Assembly: GCA_043821645.1 (NCBI GenBank)
Contig: JBDRCO010000087.1
Coordinates: forward strand, 160,001 to 224,000
Direction: 5' to 3'
Length of the DNA stretch: 64,000 nucleotides
From: Pseudomonadota bacterium
GTDB lineage: Bacteria; Myxococcota; JACRCW01; JAFGSX01
Shown: positions 61,851-64,000 of the stretch, piece by piece
How the letters are laid out: each line of letters starts with the position of its first letter
How positions within the stretch are numbered: position 1 is the first letter of the stretch
Notes under the pieces: generated by a model
The model's database searches: none
Told to the model about the DNA's origin: nothing
Seen by the model: the letters and a program-made list of their open reading frames with translations, nothing else
Program-made: the position numbers and the translations under genes

Positions 61851-63635
61851 GTGAGCGCGACCCACATCGGCCCCTACCAGATCGTGCGTCCGCTGGCTCG
61901 TGGCGGCATGGGCGAGACCCTGATTGCCCGGGCGCCGGACGGCACCTTGGTGGTGCTCAAGCGTCTGCTCGAGCACCTGGCAGAGGATCTCGAGGCCGTG
62001 CGCTGCTTCCGCGAGGAGATCCGCATCGCGGGCCGTCTCGCGCACACCAACATCGTGCGCTTCATCGAGGTCATCGAGGACGCCGGGCAGCTGGTGCTGG
62101 TGCTCGAGTACGTCGACGGATGCTCGGCGCGGGACCTGGTGCTGGACGGACGCCGTCGCGGCGAGCCCATCCGTGTGGCCGAAGCCTGTGCCATCGTCGA
62201 AGGCGCGGCGCGCGGGCTGCACTTCGCGCATAGCCTGACCGACGACGCTGCCAATCCCATGGGTATGATCCATCGCGATGTCAGCCTGGCCAACCTCCTG
62301 ATCAGTCGCAGTGGCGAGGTCAAGGTCATCGACTTCGGCGTGGCCAAGGCCTGGGATGCCGAGGGGCGCACCGCCACCGGTATCGTCAAGGGCAAGGTCG
62401 GCTACATGTCGCCCGAGCACACGCGCTGCGAGCCTCTCGACGCACGCTCCGACGTGTTCTCGCTCGGTATCGTGCTGTGGGAACTGCTGGTCTGCGATCG
62501 CCTGTTCGTGGCCGATGGCCCGGTGGCGACGGCCTACCTGGTGCTCGAGTCCTCCATCGCCAAGCCTTCGGGGCGGCGGCCGGAGATCCCGGCGCGCATC
62601 GATGCGATCTGCATGCACGCCCTCGAGCGCGACCTCGAGAAACGCACCGGCAGCGCCCAGGAGCTGGCGCGCTCGCTGGCTCGGTGGCGCGAGGAGACCG
62701 ACGCCGAACTCGATCTCGGTGCGCTGGTCAGGCAGCGGTTTCCTGTGGGTCTTCCCGAGGCCAACGACGGTGCACCGACCCAGGTTGCGCGCGGGCGCGC
62801 CATCACCCACAGCAGCACCGATCTGGTCGGTTCCCGCGCGGTGGCGATGCCGCCGCCGCCGCCGGTTCCGGCCATGAGCCTGCCCATTGCGAACGAGCTG
62901 GACAACCCGGACCTGTCCCGCACCTTCTTCGATCAGCGAATCTCCTCGAGCATGCGCGGCGTGCGGCAGCGCAGCGCCGTGTGGCGGGTGATTCTGGCCG
63001 TGCTGGCCGTGGCCGTGATCGGGGCTGCCGTGTACGTGCAGTGGCTGGCGCCGCCACGGCGCGCTGGCCACGACGCCGCGGTGGCGGTGTTTTACTCGTA
63101 CCAGGACAGCACCGGAACCCAGGTCATCGTCGGCTCCCTGGCGCAGGTGCCACCCGAGCGTCGACCCTTTGCGCAACGCCTCGACCTCGGAGATGCGGCC
63201 TTGCACATCGAGCCTGGCGCCGGGCGAGACCCCGCAGAGATCAGGCGGGAACTCTCGAGGCTGTCCCGGAAACTCGGTGCCGGCTCGAGCTCGACCGCGG
63301 GCAGTGCGCGCGAGGTCCTGCTCGGTCTGGCGATACCGGTGGGTCTCATGCTGCTCCTGGCCGCCGTGCTGTTCGGGCTGGCATCGCGAGTCCGCGACGG
63401 CTTCGTGCGCTGGACCCTGCGGCTGCTGGTGTTGTTCGTGCTCGTGGTGGGGATGATAAGAAGCTTCAGCGACGGGATCCTGGGGCGTCCGGGTTTTCGT
63501 GCACTGCAGCGCGAGACCGCGTCCTTGCCCGTGGACAGGCTCGCCCCGGCCTTGCGTGAGGTGATACGACAGATGACGACCCGGCCGCCACCGGGTACGC
63601 TGGGTACGGTTCCGCCTGGTGTGGACCTTGACTAG
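61851..63635 (+). CDS. membrane Ser/Thr protein kinase
   Basis: ARGGMG, VVLK, HRDVSLAN, DFG, KGKVGYMSPE; three hydrophobic segments. Confidence 0.88.
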   Translation: MSATHIGPYQIVRPLARGGMGETLIARAPDGTLVVLKRLLEHLAEDLEAVRCFREEIRIAGRLAHTNIVRFIEVIEDAGQLVLVLEYVDGCSARDLVLDGRRRGEPIRVAEACAIVEGAARGLHFAHSLTDDAANPMGMIHRDVSLANLLISRSGEVKVIDFGVAKAWDAEGRTATGIVKGKVGYMSPEHTRCEPLDARSDVFSLGIVLWELLVCDRLFVADGPVATAYLVLESSIAKPSGRRPEIPARIDAICMHALERDLEKRTGSAQELARSLARWREETDAELDLGALVRQRFPVGLPEANDGAPTQVARGRAITHSSTDLVGSRAVAMPPPPPVPAMSLPIANELDNPDLSRTFFDQRISSSMRGVRQRSAVWRVILAVLAVAVIGAAVYVQWLAPPRRAGHDAAVAVFYSYQDSTGTQVIVGSLAQVPPERRPFAQRLDLGDAALHIEPGAGRDPAEIRRELSRLSRKLGAGSSSTAGSAREVLLGLAIPVGLMLLLAAVLFGLASRVRDGFVRWTLRLLVLFVLVVGMIRSFSDGILGRPGFRALQRETASLPVDRLAPALREVIRQMTTRPPPGTLGTVPPGVDLD

Positions 63636-63737
63636 GTACGGTTGCGAGGTCCGGCGAAAGAGGGCGGGGGAACCGGCGGCTGCACGGGTGCGAGTGCGGC
63701 GCAACAGCCGCTCACCGTCGAGGATCGGAGGCCTGGC

Positions 63738-63989
63738 ATGCGTGTCCTGATGTGTTCGGTGGTGCTCGGGGTGGTACTGGCGACAGGTTGCAGCTTCCAG
63801 GCGCAGCAGTGCTGTGACTGCATGGCGACCAAGAGCACGGTGTTCGGCGAATGCATGAAGGACACCATGGACAGCTGCGTCGACGAGCTCTCCAAGTCGC
63901 CGCCCAACGTCGATGCCATCTCGCCCCTGTGCCGGGACGAGGAGAACTTCTGCCCGGATTCCTGTGCTGACGTGCTGTACAAGAAATGA
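63738..63989 (+). CDS. small Cys-rich lipoprotein
   Basis: Lipobox ATGC; GGAGG RBS; multiple Cys. Confidence 0.65.
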   Translation: MRVLMCSVVLGVVLATGCSFQAQQCCDCMATKSTVFGECMKDTMDSCVDELSKSPPNVDAISPLCRDEENFCPDSCADVLYKK

Positions 63990-64000
63990 CCGCGTGGCCG

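Overview
High-GC bacterial chromosomal window with a Myxococcota/Deltaproteobacteria-like gene content (four Hanks-type Ser/Thr kinases, many Cys-rich lipoproteins with Asp/Ala-rich linkers, FliH/SctL paralogs); the taxonomic impression is inference. Most of it is housekeeping: comEA, jag-yidC, cinA, phosphomannomutase, ackA, uppS-cdsA, fabH, rpsU, pspA, nuoB, hemW-grpE-dnaK-X-dnaJ, yidD, nuoI and tRNA-Pro(CGG). The main find is a compact six-gene candidate RiPP operon at about 21.9-27.9 kb: S26-like peptidase, PqqD/RRE, radical SAM/SPASM, a 58-aa precursor missed by the ORF track (YxxP leader, three Cys), an HprK-related P-loop protein and a secreted C25 (gingipain-type) protease. Other notable items are a selenocysteine-encoding selD (in-frame UGA plus SECIS hairpin) near an arcC/thrC-like/ygeY/xdh purine-catabolism-like cluster, a frameshifted orphan pair of FliH/SctL genes, and a hairpin-rich 64-bp direct repeat just after the tRNA. 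All calls come from motif recognition by eye; no database searches were run.
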